From the NCBI GenBank assembly GCA_002269645.1, contig NIVC01000061.1, forward strand, positions 868,001 to 932,000: DNA of 64,000 nucleotides. The letters are read 5' to 3'. Source of the stretch: Macrostomum lignano. Taxonomy: Eukaryota. The notes under the pieces are model-generated. The model was not told where the DNA came from and searched no databases. It saw only the letters and a list, made by a program, of their open reading frames with translations. Positions 39,570 through 52,754 of this stretch are shown piece by piece; the first letter of the stretch is position 1; each line of letters starts with the position of its first letter. The translations under genes were made by a program, and so were the position numbers.

Positions 39570-39965
39570 ATCTCACTCCAATCTCACTCTACTGTCAAAT
39601 TAGATCTCACTCTAATCTCATTTTACTCTCATATTAGATCTCTCTCCAATCTCATTCTACTCGCATATTAGATATCACCCCAATATCATTCTACTCTCAT
39701 ATTGGATCTCTCTCGAATCTCATTTTACTCTCATATTGGATCTCTCACAGTAATCTCACTCTACTATCATATAAGTCTCATTCTACTCTCATATTGGATC
39801 TCACTCCAATCTCACTCTACTCTCATATTGAATCTCACTCCAATCTCACTCTACTCTCATATTAGATCTCACTCAAATCTCATTCTACTCTCATATTAGA
39901 TCTCACTCAAATCTCATTCTACTCTCATATTGGATCTCACTCCAATCTCACTCTACTCTCATATC
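39570..39965. repeat. 34-bp minisatellite CTCTACTCTCATATTAGATCTCACTCCAATCTCA
   Basis: About 11 degenerate copies. Confidence 0.9.
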
Positions 39966-40339
39966 AGATCGCAATCACCGAGAAACAGTGGCAAGTCCTG
40001 ACATGTCAAACTGTATAATTTGTTCTGACATAGAAGATCACTATCGTAGCACAGCATAGAATAAAGTACAGAGTGTCCGACCAGCTGCCGTGACTCAGTT
40101 CAAAGCAGTGATTTTCTTTTGATTTCGCAGCACAGAGGCTGCCTTGCAACACGAGCCTCTGTATGCGATGCAATGCGCTGGGATATAAGATTAAAGGCGA
40201 TTCCCCATGGCATTGAGTCTCAGCTGACTGAATTCGGGACATCTGAGGCCACGCAATCAGTTCATTTGTAGAAATTACACGAAAGAACTTCTTGGGCGAC
40301 GGGGATTAAGGGGCCAGAAGAAGGAAGGGGAATGAAGAG

Positions 40340-41530
40340 AGGGTGGGAGGGAGAGAGGAGAGGGTGGGAGGGAGACAGGAGAGGGTGGGAGGGAGAGAGG
40401 AGAGGGTGGGAGGGAGAGAGGAGAGGGTGGGAGGGAGAGAGGAGAGGGTGGGAGGGAGAGAGGAGAGGGTGGGAGGGAGAGAGGAGAGGGTGGGAGAGAG
40501 ACAGGAGAGGGTGGGAGGGAGAGAGGAGAGGGTGGGAGGGAGAGAGGAGAGGGTGGGAGGGAGAGAGGAGAGGGTGGGAGGGAGAGAGGAGAGGGTGGAG
40601 GGAGAGAGGAGAGGGTGGGAGGGAGAGAGGAGAGGGTGGGAGGGAGAGAGGACAGGGTGGGAGGAGAGAGGAGAGGGTGGGAGGGAGAGAGGAGAGGGTG
40701 GGAGGGAGAGAGGAGAGGGTGGAAGAGAGACAGGAGAGGGTGGGAGGGAGAGAGGAGAGGGTGGGAGGGAGAAAGGACAGGGTGGGAGGGAGAGAGGAGA
40801 GGGTGTGAGGGAGAGAGGAGAGGGTGGGAGGGAGAGAGGAGAGGGTGGGAGGGAGAGAGGACAGGGTGGGAGAGAGAGAGAGGAGAGGGTGGGAGGGAGA
40901 CAGGAGAGGGTGGGAGGGAGACAGGAGAGGGTGGGAGGGAGAGAGGAGAGGGTGGGAGGAAGAGAGGAGAGGGTGGGAGGGAGAAAGGACAGGGTGGGAG
41001 GGAGAGAGGAGAGGGTGGGAGGAAGAGAGGAGAGGGTGGGAGGGAGAAAGGACAGGGTGGGAGGGAGACAGGAGAGGGTGGGAGGGAGAGAGGAGAGGGT
41101 GGGAGGAAGAGAGGAGAGGGTGGGAGGGAGAAAGGACAGGGTGGGAGGGAGAGAGGAGAGGGTGGGAGGGAGAGAGGAGAGGGTGGGAGGGAGAGAGGAG
41201 AGGGTGGGAGGGAGAGAGGAGAGGTGGGAGGGAGAGAGGACAGGGTGGGAGGGAGAAAGGACAGGGTGGGAGGGAGAGAGGAGAGGGTGGGAGGGAGAGA
41301 GGAGAGGGTGGGAGGGAGAGAGGACAGGGTGGGAGGGAGAAAGGACAGGGTGGGAGGGAGAGAGGAGAGGGTGGGAGGGAGAGAGGACAGGGTGGGAGGG
41401 AGAAAGGACAGGGTGGGAGGGAGAGAGGAGAGGGTGGGAGGGAGAAAGGACAGGGTGGGAGGGAGAGAGGACAGGGTGGGAGGGAGGGAGGACAGGGTAG
41501 GAGGGAGAGAGGAGAGGGTGAGAGGGAGAG
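40340..41530. repeat. 21-bp purine minisatellite GGGAGGGAGAGAGGAGAGGGT
   Basis: About 1.2 kb of tandem copies. Confidence 0.98.
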
Positions 41531-41892
41531 GGAAATAAAAAAAATCGATGCTGCAGGTAGTGTCTCGTCAACAACACTTCAGTCATCAGCCAGCTGAGCA
41601 AATACTTTTTCTATTTTGACAATTATCATTCTCCGAGATGACAGAAAATATCACGGGATTCAGCCATAAAAAATGGAAAGAACGGCAGTGACAAAAGCGG
41701 ATGTCCCTCTCCTTTCTATTTGTAGAAACTCAGTTCGATTGAATTGACGAATTGAAAGGACTTACATCAGACAAGCAAATTGAAAATTTAATGAGGGCGA
41801 AGTTTAATTAGAAATTTAAAATAAAGTCCATTGCTTTGAAATCAGTTGTTTTGAGGGCTGGTGCTGTACTGGGGACACGCAAGGTGACAAAC

Positions 41893-42247
<355 letters not shown>

Positions 42248-42249
42248 AG

Positions 42250-42771
42250 TCACATCACACGGCACACTGCAGAGGTCGCCCGCCGCAGAGGACTCTGATG
42301 ATCTTCGCCAGCTGAGACGGCGGCGGCAGCCGCGGCCGCGGCAGCCAGCGGACTGGCGGCGGCTCCGCCCGCTGCAGCCCCGGCAGAGGAGGCGGCCACT
42401 GCGGCTAATGCGGCTCCTTTGCCGCCCAGCAGGCGATGCTGCTGCAGCAGCTGCTGGTGGTGCTGATAGTATTTTTGATGGTGCGGACGGTGCCGCAGCT
42501 CCAGCATCGCAGCGGGCAGCTGCTGCTGCTGCTTGCCTTTCTTCGGATCAGGCAGCAGTTGGAGCACGTGGTAGTGCTTGAGCTCGGTGGCTGCAGCTTT
42601 GAGCGACCGCGGCTGACACGGCGCCCCGGCGTTCGGTCGGTAGCTCCGGTCGAAGGTATCGGCGTTGACATTTTTGTTGTCCAGCAGTTCCAGCATCTTG
42701 CGGCGATCGCCAGCCAGGGTGGCGTGGACAAACTCCAGAGTTGGTCGGCTGCTCTCGAGGAGGTCCACAAT
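42250..42771 (-). CDS. Ankyrin-repeat protein exon 3 (ends CRVM*)
   Basis: Acceptor ACCTCCAG|ATT GTG GAC, phase 0; in frame with ORF 42250-42768. Confidence 0.8.
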   Translation of the reverse strand: MVDLLESSRPTLEFVHATLAGDRRKMLELLDNKNVNADTFDRSYRPNAGAPCQPRSLKAAATELKHYHVLQLLPDPKKGKQQQQLPAAMLELRHRPHHQKYYQHHQQLLQQHRLLGGKGAALAAVAASSAGAAAGGAAASPLAAAAAAAAAVSAGEDHQSPLRRATSAVCRVM

Positions 42772-42832
42772 CTGGAGGTTTGAATGAAGTGGGTGCAGTC
42801 TGGGTTAGTCACTGAAAATAGACTTAAAATGG

Positions 42833-43720
42833 ATTCCATTCTAGACACTCTCCACACCCACCACCCCATTCTAGACACTCTCCACACTCACCACCCCATT
42901 CTAGACACTCTCCACACCCACCGCCCCATTCTAGACACTCTCCACACCCACCACCCCATTCTAGACACTCTCCACACCCACCACCCCATTCTAGACACTC
43001 TCCACACCCACCACCCCATTCTAGACACTCTCCACACCCACCACCCCATTCTATACAACTCTCCACATCCACCACCCCATTCTAGACACTCTCCTCACCC
43101 ACCACCCCATTCTTGACACTCTCCACACCCACCACTCCATTCTAGACAACTCTCCACATCCACCACCCCATTCTAGACACTCTCCTCACCCACCACCCCA
43201 TTCTAGAAACTCTCCACACCCACCACCCCATTCTAGACACTCTCCACACCCACCACCCCATTCTAGACACTCTCCACACTCACCACCCCATTCTAGACAC
43301 TCTCCACACCCACCGCCCCATTCTAGACACTCTCCACACCCACCACCCCATTCTAGACACTCTCCACACCCACCACCCCATTCTAGACACTCTCCACACC
43401 CACCACCCCATTCTAGACACTCTCCACACCCACCACTCTATTCTAGACACTCTCCACACCCACCACTCCATTCTAGACACTCTCCACACCCACCACCCCA
43501 TTCTATACAACTCTCCACATCCACCACCCCATTCTAGACACTCTCCTCACCCACCACCCCATTCTAGACACTCTCCACACCCACCACCCCATTCTAGACA
43601 CTCTCCTCACCCACCACCCCATTCTAGACACTCTCCACACCCACCACCCCATTCTAGACACTCTCCACACCCACCACCCCATTCTAGACACTCTCCACAC
43701 CCACCACCCCATTCTAGACA
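42833..43720. repeat. 30-bp minisatellite CATTCTAGACACTCTCCACACCCACCACCC filling intron 2
   Basis: About 29 copies. Confidence 0.97.
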
Positions 43721-43754
43721 CTTGAAACCAGCCAACCCAACACATTTATCATAC

Positions 43755-44368
43755 CAGGCTCCCGGTCTCCAACCGCCGGGCAAAGCTGATAAGGCTCTCT
43801 CCCTGCTTGGCAATGCGGACCCGGCACCAGCTGCTGACGAGGCGATCGACCAGAAAGTAATCCGCAGCTGCCACCGCTGCCCACAGGCCCGGTTGGAAAT
43901 CTTCGCAAATAGTTTTAACAGCGGTAGCATTAGTTTCAGATTCTTCAGTATCGTTAGCAAGGCTCGGCTGCATCTCGGAGTTCGCAGGATCCGGCGGCGG
44001 GGCACCACAGCGGAGCACAGCCCGGACCAGCTCGACGAGTCCCCGGCGAATTGCCAGCTTCAACGGCGTATCGCCGCCGACGTCCTCCCGGCAGATGTCG
44101 ACGCGAAAATTCGACAGAGCGTAGACGAATGGCGCGTAAGTGAACTGCGTCTCCCGGCTGGCCGTGGTCACCACCAGGTGGATGTAGTTCACGCCGAAGT
44201 TGGTGTCAATCACCGTGACAGGCTCGCGAAGGCAGTACACAGCGTGGTACAAACCCGCTAGATTTCCCTGAACGATGGAACGGTACACTCTGGAGTCGGT
44301 GAACTCCTTGGAGAATACGTCCAGGTTGAAGGTTTCTGTGGTCGAGGCTTGTTGGTCGGCTTCATCGT
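43755..44368 (-). CDS. Ankyrin-repeat protein exon 2
   Basis: GDTPLKLAIRRGLVELVRAVLRCGA fits the ankyrin consensus; TTCCAG| phase 1, CTG|GTATGA phase 0. Confidence 0.88.
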
Positions 44369-44407
44369 CTGGAACGGTCGGAGGGGTGGGGGTCTAGTCA
44401 AGACTCA

Positions 44408-44765
44408 GCAACATGGGAATTCCCTGTCCCAGCAAAAGGGGAATTCACAGCCTCAGCAACAGGGGAATTCCCAGCCTCAGCAACAGGGGAATTCCCAGCC
44501 TCAGCAACAGGGGAATTCCCAGCCACAGTAACAGGGGAATTCCCAGCCTCAGCAACAGGGGAATTCCCAGCCTCAGCAACAGGGGAATTCCCAGCCACAG
44601 TAACAGGGGAATTCCCAGCCACAGTAACGGGAATTCCGAGTCCCAGCCATAGTAACAGGGGAATTCCCAGCCATAGTAACAGGGGAATTTCCAATCCCAG
44701 TAACAGGGGAATTCCCAGTCCCAGCCACAGTGACAGGGGAATTCCCAGTCTCAGCAACAGGGAAT
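44408..44765. repeat. 24-bp minisatellite GGGGAATTCCCAGCCTCAGCAACA filling intron 1
   Basis: About 14 copies. Confidence 0.95.
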
Positions 44766-44772
44766 TTCTCAC

Positions 44773-44920
44773 CGCCCATGCTATCGCTGCAGCAGCAATT
44801 GTCGTTGCCTTCATCTTCGACGCCGAAAATGTCGTCCTCGGGGTCGCCTCGGCTTGGGCTGAAGTCGCGGTCTGTCGAATGCGACTGACTGGACAGCCTA
44901 GCAACCAGCTTGTGCGCCAT
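44773..44920 (-). CDS. Ankyrin-repeat protein exon 1
   Basis: ATGG with an in-frame TGA 12 nt upstream; donor G|GTGAGA (phase 1) matches exon 2; total 1284 nt = 427 aa + stop. Confidence 0.75.
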
Positions 44921-45619
44921 CAGACTCAGTCAGCTTCGCCCCCGAGAGATAACAATGAAACCTGCGTGAAGCCAGCAAGCGCCGAAAACTATGCGAATGT
45001 CAAAAAAGTGGATGAAATTCACCCAGCTAGCTAAGGTCAGTCAATCAGTCCTGCAGCACCGCGCGCCTCTCTTGTCAGCGATTGGCTGAGCTATGGGCTC
45101 GGATGCTGCTCGATGCTCCCCTCCCTGCCTGCCCTGCAGAGGAGAAATTACAGTCTTTATGAGAGAGCCAGACTCAACCTGCCCGCCCATCTGCCTGCGT
45201 CTCCAGCCCGTGGCTTTCTCCGTACTCAGCCCTGCTGAAGTCCCTCGCCCAGCAGGCAAATAAACACACGGACAGGCAGACAGACAGGAAGAGCGTGCAG
45301 CAACACACGAACGAGTGTTTAAGACCTTCTCTTTCCCCGCTCAGAGATCCCAGTGCGATCAGTGTGTATTCTTCATTGCCTAGTGTAGTCTCACCTGCTG
45401 AGCTCAGGCGGGACCGCTCGGTCTGTCACCTCAAGTCCCATCCTCCCCAATCTGACCTCCTATCTCTCCCTGTCTCTGAAAATGCGTCACTCGGGTTAAT
45501 GCAATGGGGATTAATTATGATTTGAAGCTGGCGAGAATCGCAGAATCGGTATTGAGAAATTTTCAAAGCGGCTGTGTACTGCAGATAGTACTGACTCAGT
45601 TCCCCTCCTGTCCATCCGA

Positions 45620-46670
45620 CTCCCTCTCACTCTATTCTCCTCACTCTCCCACCCTCTCCTCCTACCCCTTTCCCTCTCCCTCTCTCCCTCTCCCCATCTC
45701 CCACCCCTCTCTCCTTCTCTCTCCCTCTCCTATGCTTCCCTCTCTCCCTCTCCTATCCCTCCCTCTCTCTCCTATCCCTCTCTCCCTCTCCCCATCTCCC
45801 ACCCCTCTCTCCTTCTCTCTCCCTCTCCTATGCTTCCCTCTCTCACTCTCCCCCTCCCCCACTCCCTCTCTCTCCTATCCCTCTCTCCCTCTCCTATCCC
45901 TCTCTCCCTCTCCTATCCCTCTCTCCCTCTCCTATCCCTCCCTCCCTCTCCTACCCATCTCCCTCTCTCTCCTATCCCTCTCTCCCTCTCCTATCCCTCC
46001 CTCCCTCTCCTACCCATCTCCCTCTCTCTCCTATCCCTCTCTCCCTCTCCTATCCCTCTCTCCCTCTCCTACCCCTCTCTCCCTCTCCTATCCCTCTCTC
46101 CCTCTCCTATCCCTCCCTCCCTCTCCTACCCCTCTCTCCCTCTCCTATCCCTCTCTCCCTCTCCTATCCCTCTCTCCCTCTCCTATCCCTCCCTCCCTCT
46201 CCTACCCATCTCCCTCTCCTATCCCTCCCTCCCTCTCCTACCCATCTCCATCTCTCTCCTATCCCTCTCTCCCTCTCCTATCCCTCCCTCCCTCTCCTAC
46301 CCATCTCCATCTCTCTCCTATCCCTCTCTCCCTCTCCTATCCCTCCCTCTCTCTCCTATCCCTCTCTCCCTCTCCTATCCCTCTCTTTCTCTCCCCATCT
46401 CCCACCCCTCTCTCCTTCTCTCTCCCTCTCCTATGCTTCCCTCTCTCCCTCTCCCCCTCCCCCACTCCCTCTCTCTCCTATCCCTCCCTCCCTCTCCTAC
46501 CAATCTCCCTCTCTCTCTCTCCTATCCCTCTCTCCCTCTCCTACCCCTCTCTCCCTCTCCTATCCCTCTCTCCCTCTCCTATCCCTCCCTCCCTCTCCTA
46601 CCCATCTCCCTCTCTCTCCTACCCCTCTCTCCATCTCCTACCCCTCTCTCCCTCTCCCACCCCTTTATTT
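45620..46670. repeat. ~1-kb polypyrimidine repeat (CCCTCTCTCCCTCTCCTAT-type)
   Basis: Read directly. Confidence 0.95.
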
Positions 46671-48093
46671 CCCACATTGACTAAAGGTGTAATTGCAATT
46701 TGTACTGAATCGCACAACAATGAACCGATTTCTCACAGACTCGCGCATGCGACAGCTGAACAGACAGTCGCGCAGCGCAGTCAGCAGGCAGATCACGCGA
46801 CGCAATTAGCAGAAAGGCCGCGCACGGCTGCAGAAAATTCAATAATTGATATGCTATCTCTCAAGCCAGTCCCCTGTAATTTCGCAGCCAGTGGGTAATT
46901 GCAAAGCAAACAACAATACATTTTTCTTAATAACTAATTGCAACTGGAAAGGTAAGCGACTCAATGTCCATGCAGCTATCAGCAACAATTTCAGTCTAAA
47001 CATCGGCGAATCAACTGAACTTCGACCCAGGGTCTTTCAATAGTGTGTAAAGTTATTTACACAACATATCGGAAATTTAAGTCTCGATTACAAGCTACAT
47101 TGCAATGACATGTCTGGTGATGAGGCCATTGGGAATTTCAGAGCAATAAAGTTTATTGCCGAAAATTATTACTGAACTATTGTAATTAAAATTTCCTCTT
47201 AAAAAAGTCATCTACGCTACATATCGTCAATCTAAAAACCTTTTGCCTAAACTAAAAGCCTTACTACTTTAATTTGTGTTTCTCAACTCGTCTTCTCTTC
47301 TTAACTAGTAAGCAGCAAAAAAGAGCAATGAACAAACTCGCTCAAAGTGCAATTAATAAAAAATGTTTTCCATGAAAACTGAATAAATATGCAAAAACGG
47401 TATTCAGTAGTATATATTGTAGAGTTAAAATATAATTATATATGCAGATAAGCAGAAATAATTATCATCATGAATAAAGCATGAAAATTCGTTTCATATT
47501 TATTGAACAGCTGTACGCAAGAGCATTTCAGGTTATAGACTACTTATAGTAGATTTATAAAAAATTACGCTGAAGGCTTTTTGAAACTCAAAATTTTATA
47601 TGGTAGTATTAGCACTGTTTTCAGTCGCATTGCACATCCGAGCAAATACAGAAGTAAAAGACACGCATAAAAAACCCAGAAAAAACTTGCACAAAATATT
47701 AAACACATATGTGTCGTATATTACTAAAAAACTCACTACTGCAAACAGTAAGTAAGTAATATTGCAATAAAAACACTACTGTTTAAATTGTTATTTTAGC
47801 ACGCCAGTAGTTTTGTTAAAATGAATCCTAATAAAATTGGCACCGATACAATACGAACTCAGCGGGGTGCCTTAAGTGCTTCTTGAAAATGATGGCTCAG
47901 TTCTACTAAGAGAGAAGATTTAAATAGCATCAATGAGGGCTTGGTTATACAGTGCTCACAGATACTCGTGAGAACACACAGTGCAGCTGACTGAAAAATT
48001 GGAACAATTTTAAAGGTTTTACATTCACAAACTGGAAAAACAAAATAACTTATACTAAAAGCGGAACTATTGTTAGATGTCCTGATAGTAATG

Positions 48094-48843
48094 GGGGAGG
48101 AGAGGAGGGGAGGGGAGAGGAGAGGAGAGGAGAGGAGAGGAGGAGAGGAGGAGAGGAGGAGGAGAGAGGAGAGGAGGAGAGAGGAGAGGAGGAAAGAGGA
48201 GAGGAGGGGAGAGGAGAGGAGGAGAGAGGAGAGGAGGGGAGAGGAGAGGAGGAGAGGAGGGGAGAGGAGAGGAAGGGAGAGGAGAGGAGAGGAGAGGAGG
48301 AGAGGAGGAGAGGAGGGGAGAGGAGAGGAGGGGAGAGGAGAGGAGGGGAGAGGAGAGGAGGGGAGAGGAGAGGAGGAGAGAGGAGAGGAGGGAGAGGACA
48401 GGAGGGGAGAGGAGAGGAGGGGAGAGGAGAGGAGGGGAGAGGAGGGGAGAGGAGAGGAGGGGAGAGGAGAGGAGGAGGAGAGAGGAGAGGAGAAGAGGGG
48501 GAGGGGAGAGGAGAGGAGGGGAGAGGAGGGAGAGGAGAGGAGAGGAGAGGAGGAGAGGAGGAGAGGAGGGAGAGGAGAGGAGGGGAGAGGAGAGGAGGGG
48601 AGAGGAGAGGAGGGGAGAGGAGAGGAGGAGAGAGGAGAGGAGGGGAGAGGAGAGGAGGGGAGAGGAGAGGAGGGGAGAGGAGAGGAGGAGGAGAGAGGAG
48701 AGGAGGAAAGAGGAGAGGAGGGGAGAGGAGAGGAGGGGAGAGGAGGGGAGAGGAGAGGAGGGGAGAGGAGAGGAGAGGAGGGGAGAGGAGAGGAGGAGAG
48801 AGGAGAGGAGGGGAGAGGAGAGGAGGGGAGAGGAGAGGAGGAG
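48094..48843. repeat. Near-pure polypurine (GGAGA)n tract
   Basis: About 750 nt, almost only G/A. Confidence 0.98.
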
Positions 48844-49609
48844 AGATCATAAAGGCAGTCAGGAATCCTAGTCAATAAAATCCCAGTCAATAAAGAGCAC
48901 CCCGGTGCAAGGCGGCACTATCAGAGGCGCAATCAAACCAGCTACCTGAAGCAATGGAGGTAATCAGGATCCCGGCTCACTGACAGCTTATAAAAAGCGA
49001 GTTACCAAGTATATAGCAACACACAAAGCAGTCACGTCACAAAGTGACCTGACAGAAAGCACACGCGGTGTGAAAGAAGCGAGGTCTGTCGTGTTTCACA
49101 TGGACAATGGACGTACATTGTTGAAAAATGGAAGAATGCTGGGAACACACTGGGATTCGATGAGACAAAAATAATTATAATATAGTTATGGAGACATGAT
49201 CCGAGTACACACAGGAGCAAGCGCTTATGAATAGAAAAACTTCAGGCAGAAAAGTAAAATTGAAAATGTTCGCTCATACTACTTGCTGAGAAAGCTTAGT
49301 AAGTAGTGCAATAAAAGTGTGCCTGTGCAGTAGTATATATTTTATATCCATATGGGTGTTGAAAAATCCAGCAATTAATGTTGACAGTTGAACTGGAATT
49401 AAGATATTCGGAAAAGTTATTTATATTTTATATAGTATTACATTGCAGCTGATATGAATTTTGACTTTATGCAGCTGATGAATGCCGCGAAATGAGTGCC
49501 TGGGTTTTATGAAGATCAATAATAAACAGAGCTTAAAATGTTATTAATAAAAGCATAAAGGGATCGAAAATAGGGATCCTTGAGTACTGAAACTCACACG
49601 TGAAATTCC

Positions 49610-50290
49610 TGACGCACACTGTCAGCACTGACCCATTCCTGACCCAGATCGTCACTACCGACCCATTCCTGACACACACTGTCAGTACTGACCCATTCCT
49701 GACACACACTGCCAGTACTGACCCATTCCTGACACACACTGCCAGTACTGACCAATTCCTGACACACACTGCCAGTACTGACCCATTCCTGACACACACT
49801 GCCAGTACTGACCCATTCCTGACACACACTGCCAGTACTGACCCATTCCTGACACACACTGTCAGCACTGACCCATATTTGACACACACTGTCAGCACTG
49901 ACCCATATCTGACACACACTGTCAGTACTGACCCATTCCTGACACACACTGCCAGTACTGACCCATTCCTGACACACACTGTCAGTACTGACCCATTCCT
50001 GACACACACTGCCAGTACTGACCCATTCCTGACACACACTGTCAGTACTGACCCATTCCTGACACACACTGCCAGTACTGACCCATTCCTGACACACACT
50101 GCCAGTACTGACCAATTCCTGACACACACTGCCAGTACTGACCCATTCCGACACACACTGCCAGTACTGACCCATTCCTGACACACACTGCCAGTACTGA
50201 CCCATTCCTGACACACACTGTCAGCACTGACCCATATTTGACACACACTGTCAGCACTGACCCATATCTGACACACACTGTCAGCACTGA
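49610..50290. repeat. 30-bp minisatellite CTGACCCATTCCTGACACACACTGCCAGTA
   Basis: About 22 copies, about 90 nt past the LNX stop. Confidence 0.97.
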
Positions 50291-50379
50291 CAATATAAAG
50301 AGCCAAAGGACTATCAAACTCATCTTCGATGACAGCATGAGTAGAAACAACAGCTGAGAATCGGCCCCTATAAAATATT

Positions 50380-50751
50380 TTACACAATAGTGCCTGGCCA
50401 AGACACGACAGACAGCACAATTATCTCCGATGGTAACTGTTTGAGCAGTGAGACAGCTTCGCTGTGAGTAACGCCGGATAAACCGTATGCACCGTTGACC
50501 CGTATAATAAGGTCGCCGCATCTGAGCTGACCGTGAGCATGGGCTGGGCCGCCGTGCACGATGCTCTTCACAATGATCGGCTGCGGCCCGTTGGCGCTGT
50601 CGCAGCCGCCAACAATTGAGAAGCCGAGCGAACCTGTGCGCGGATCTCGGCAAAGTCTAACAGCCTTCTCCAGGTAGCAGAATGGCGGCAGGGCCAGCCA
50701 ATAGACCCAGGAGGGCATGAAGTTGCCACCGCCTGAACTGGACTCGGGACC
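50380..50751 (-). CDS. Lnx: LNX last exon: PDZ4, C-terminus SWPGTIV
   Basis: PSWVYWLALP; SLGFSIVGG..IIVKSIVHGGPA..GQLRCGDLII; SWPG ending typical of LNX1/2; TTTTTCAG| phase 0. Confidence 0.94.
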   Translation of the reverse strand, partial: GPESSSGGGNFMPSWVYWLALPPFCYLEKAVRLCRDPRTGSLGFSIVGGCDSANGPQPIIVKSIVHGGPAHAHGQLRCGDLIIRVNGAYGLSGVTHSEAVSLLKQLPSEIIVLSVVSWPGTIV

Positions 50752-51890
50752 CTGAAAAAGACGAAGTTGGCGCGGGTAAGATGGGGTTAGTAGCACACTA
50801 GGCCCCCAGGGTGGGCATTCAAATTCAAAATTCCAAGTCCAACGGAGCGCCCATTGAAAGGATTATAATAAAGCTGTAAAGCATCGTTTTTCGAACGTTT
50901 AACCCATTTCCAAGTCAATTTTTTCATCAAAATTTCGTTTGAAATTTTATGCGCCAATTTTCCAAATGAATCTGAATTAATTGGGCCCATTACTGCCAGA
51001 AATCTGTGAACTTTGCATTGATTCTATCTGCAACTGCGCCGCCCTCTCTCAGCCCGAGCGAAGGGTCATAAAACGCTTTAGCTTGTATTGTGAATGTACA
51101 TCCTACACTGTACATTGGCCAAGGAGCAACCTAAATGCTTGAACTGAACAAACACCACAGCCAATACCGGCTAGCCGAGCGTGGGTCCACGGTGGATCCA
51201 CCGGCTAAGCTGGGAATTTTTGACTAGTTGGATTTCAAGGCTAGGCGTCGGCCGTTAGGTTGGGTAAAAACAACGGCGGTTAGGCTGGGCCGGCTATCGG
51301 CCTGAAGAATTCGCGCACGCGGCTAACCACCCACCCCTCTCCCAAAATTAGATCGGGGCGCGGCGCCAATGTACATCTGTGCCAATCCGGCAAGATAAAT
51401 GTACATAGCGAGGTTTCGGAAATAATAAAACTAAGTGGGGGGGGGCGTTAGGCTGTGGTAGGCAGAACATAAAATTGACGGGAATCGGAATAGAGTTCAG
51501 CGGTGGGGCGCTTTACAAACTCGAAACTTCACAATCTCTTAAATCAGCCTTTGGACGATAAAACCAATGTGAAACTATAATAATGAACACTGGTAACTCC
51601 TATATACCCACATAGAGCATCCTCAGAAATATCTCTAAGGCCTAAGGAAAGTTCTGGAAGTTTTAAGAAAACGCCTGAAACATTTTTTACAACCCATTGT
51701 AGTACAACTTCAAGCTACTTAGTAAGTAGTATAGATCAGGTTTAGTGTTAAGAAATTGTTAAGATTTTTAAACGCTATTCCAAAACTATTTTGGGCCACT
51801 TTTTTGTTCTCTGAACTTCGGAACTTCAAACTGAAGCGGATTTCTTAAATGCTACGGGAGACCGGCAGGCACGAAACAGTCGAATTTTAC

Positions 51891-52754
51891 CTGCAGCAGT
51901 TGAATGCGGACCTGACCGGCTGGCTGAGACTTCAACACGCTGACAGCCTCCTCGTGCTGCAATCCTAACAAGCTGGCCTCGTTGACTCCCAGCACAATGT
52001 CGCCTTTGCGAATCTGCCGCGACCTGGCCGCTAGGCCCTCCGGCGGCAGGTTGGTGACGTACACAGGGATGTCGCCGCGCTGGGATCCGACGCCACCCGC
52101 CACCGACATGCCGAGAGATTCGCCTGGCGACTTCTCCAGCACGACGCAGCGATCGACGAGCGTCTCTGCGGCGAACAGGTAAGGAGCCGGGTGGTGCTCC
52201 AGATGGTGCAGCTGTTGCTGCTGCTGCTGATGAGGCGGCGGCGTCGGTGGGGGACTGTCGTCTCCAGCATCCTCTTCAGCAACGTGACCACCATTATCAT
52301 CTCCATCGTTGGAGTCGACTTGGTCCTGCTGCTCCGCCTCCTCCTCTTCCTCTCTGGCTTCTCTAATTAATTCTTCCGATTCTCCTTCCGGCGTATCTCG
52401 CCCAGCCTCCTCGGCCTCTCCGTCATCTTCCTTGCCAGCATCTTCTTTATCTGTCGCCACTCCAATCTCGTCTACTTCAGCTTTGGCTTTGGGCGGCTCC
52501 TTGCTGGGCGCTGATTCTGCGTAGGCCGCAACTTCGTCTTCTTCCTCGTCGTTGTCTGTTGCTGTTGCCGCCGCCGCCGCCGCCGCCGCCGCCGCTGCTT
52601 CGGCGTCTTTCCCCGCTGCAGCTTCCTCGTCATCCAGTCCGCTATTCGATGAGTTGACGACGTAGGCCGACATGGCATTGATTGGCTGCATTGGCGGGGT
52701 CGAGCCGCTGACTACCCGACGGGCCACTAGAAATGCCACCTCCTTTTTGGCCGA
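51891..52754 (-). CDS. Lnx: LNX exon: end of PDZ2, acidic linker, PDZ3
   Basis: LEKSPGESLGMSVAGG..DIPVYVTNL..IRKGDIVLGVN; CTTCCAG|, CAG|GTAAAA; 864 nt, phase 0/0. Confidence 0.93.

Noticed and set aside
51111-51373. TA-CATTGGC...GCCAATG-TA possible Tc1/mariner MITE
   Set aside because: The inverted match is only about 11 bp and overlaps a locally frequent TGTACA motif; needs copy-number evidence
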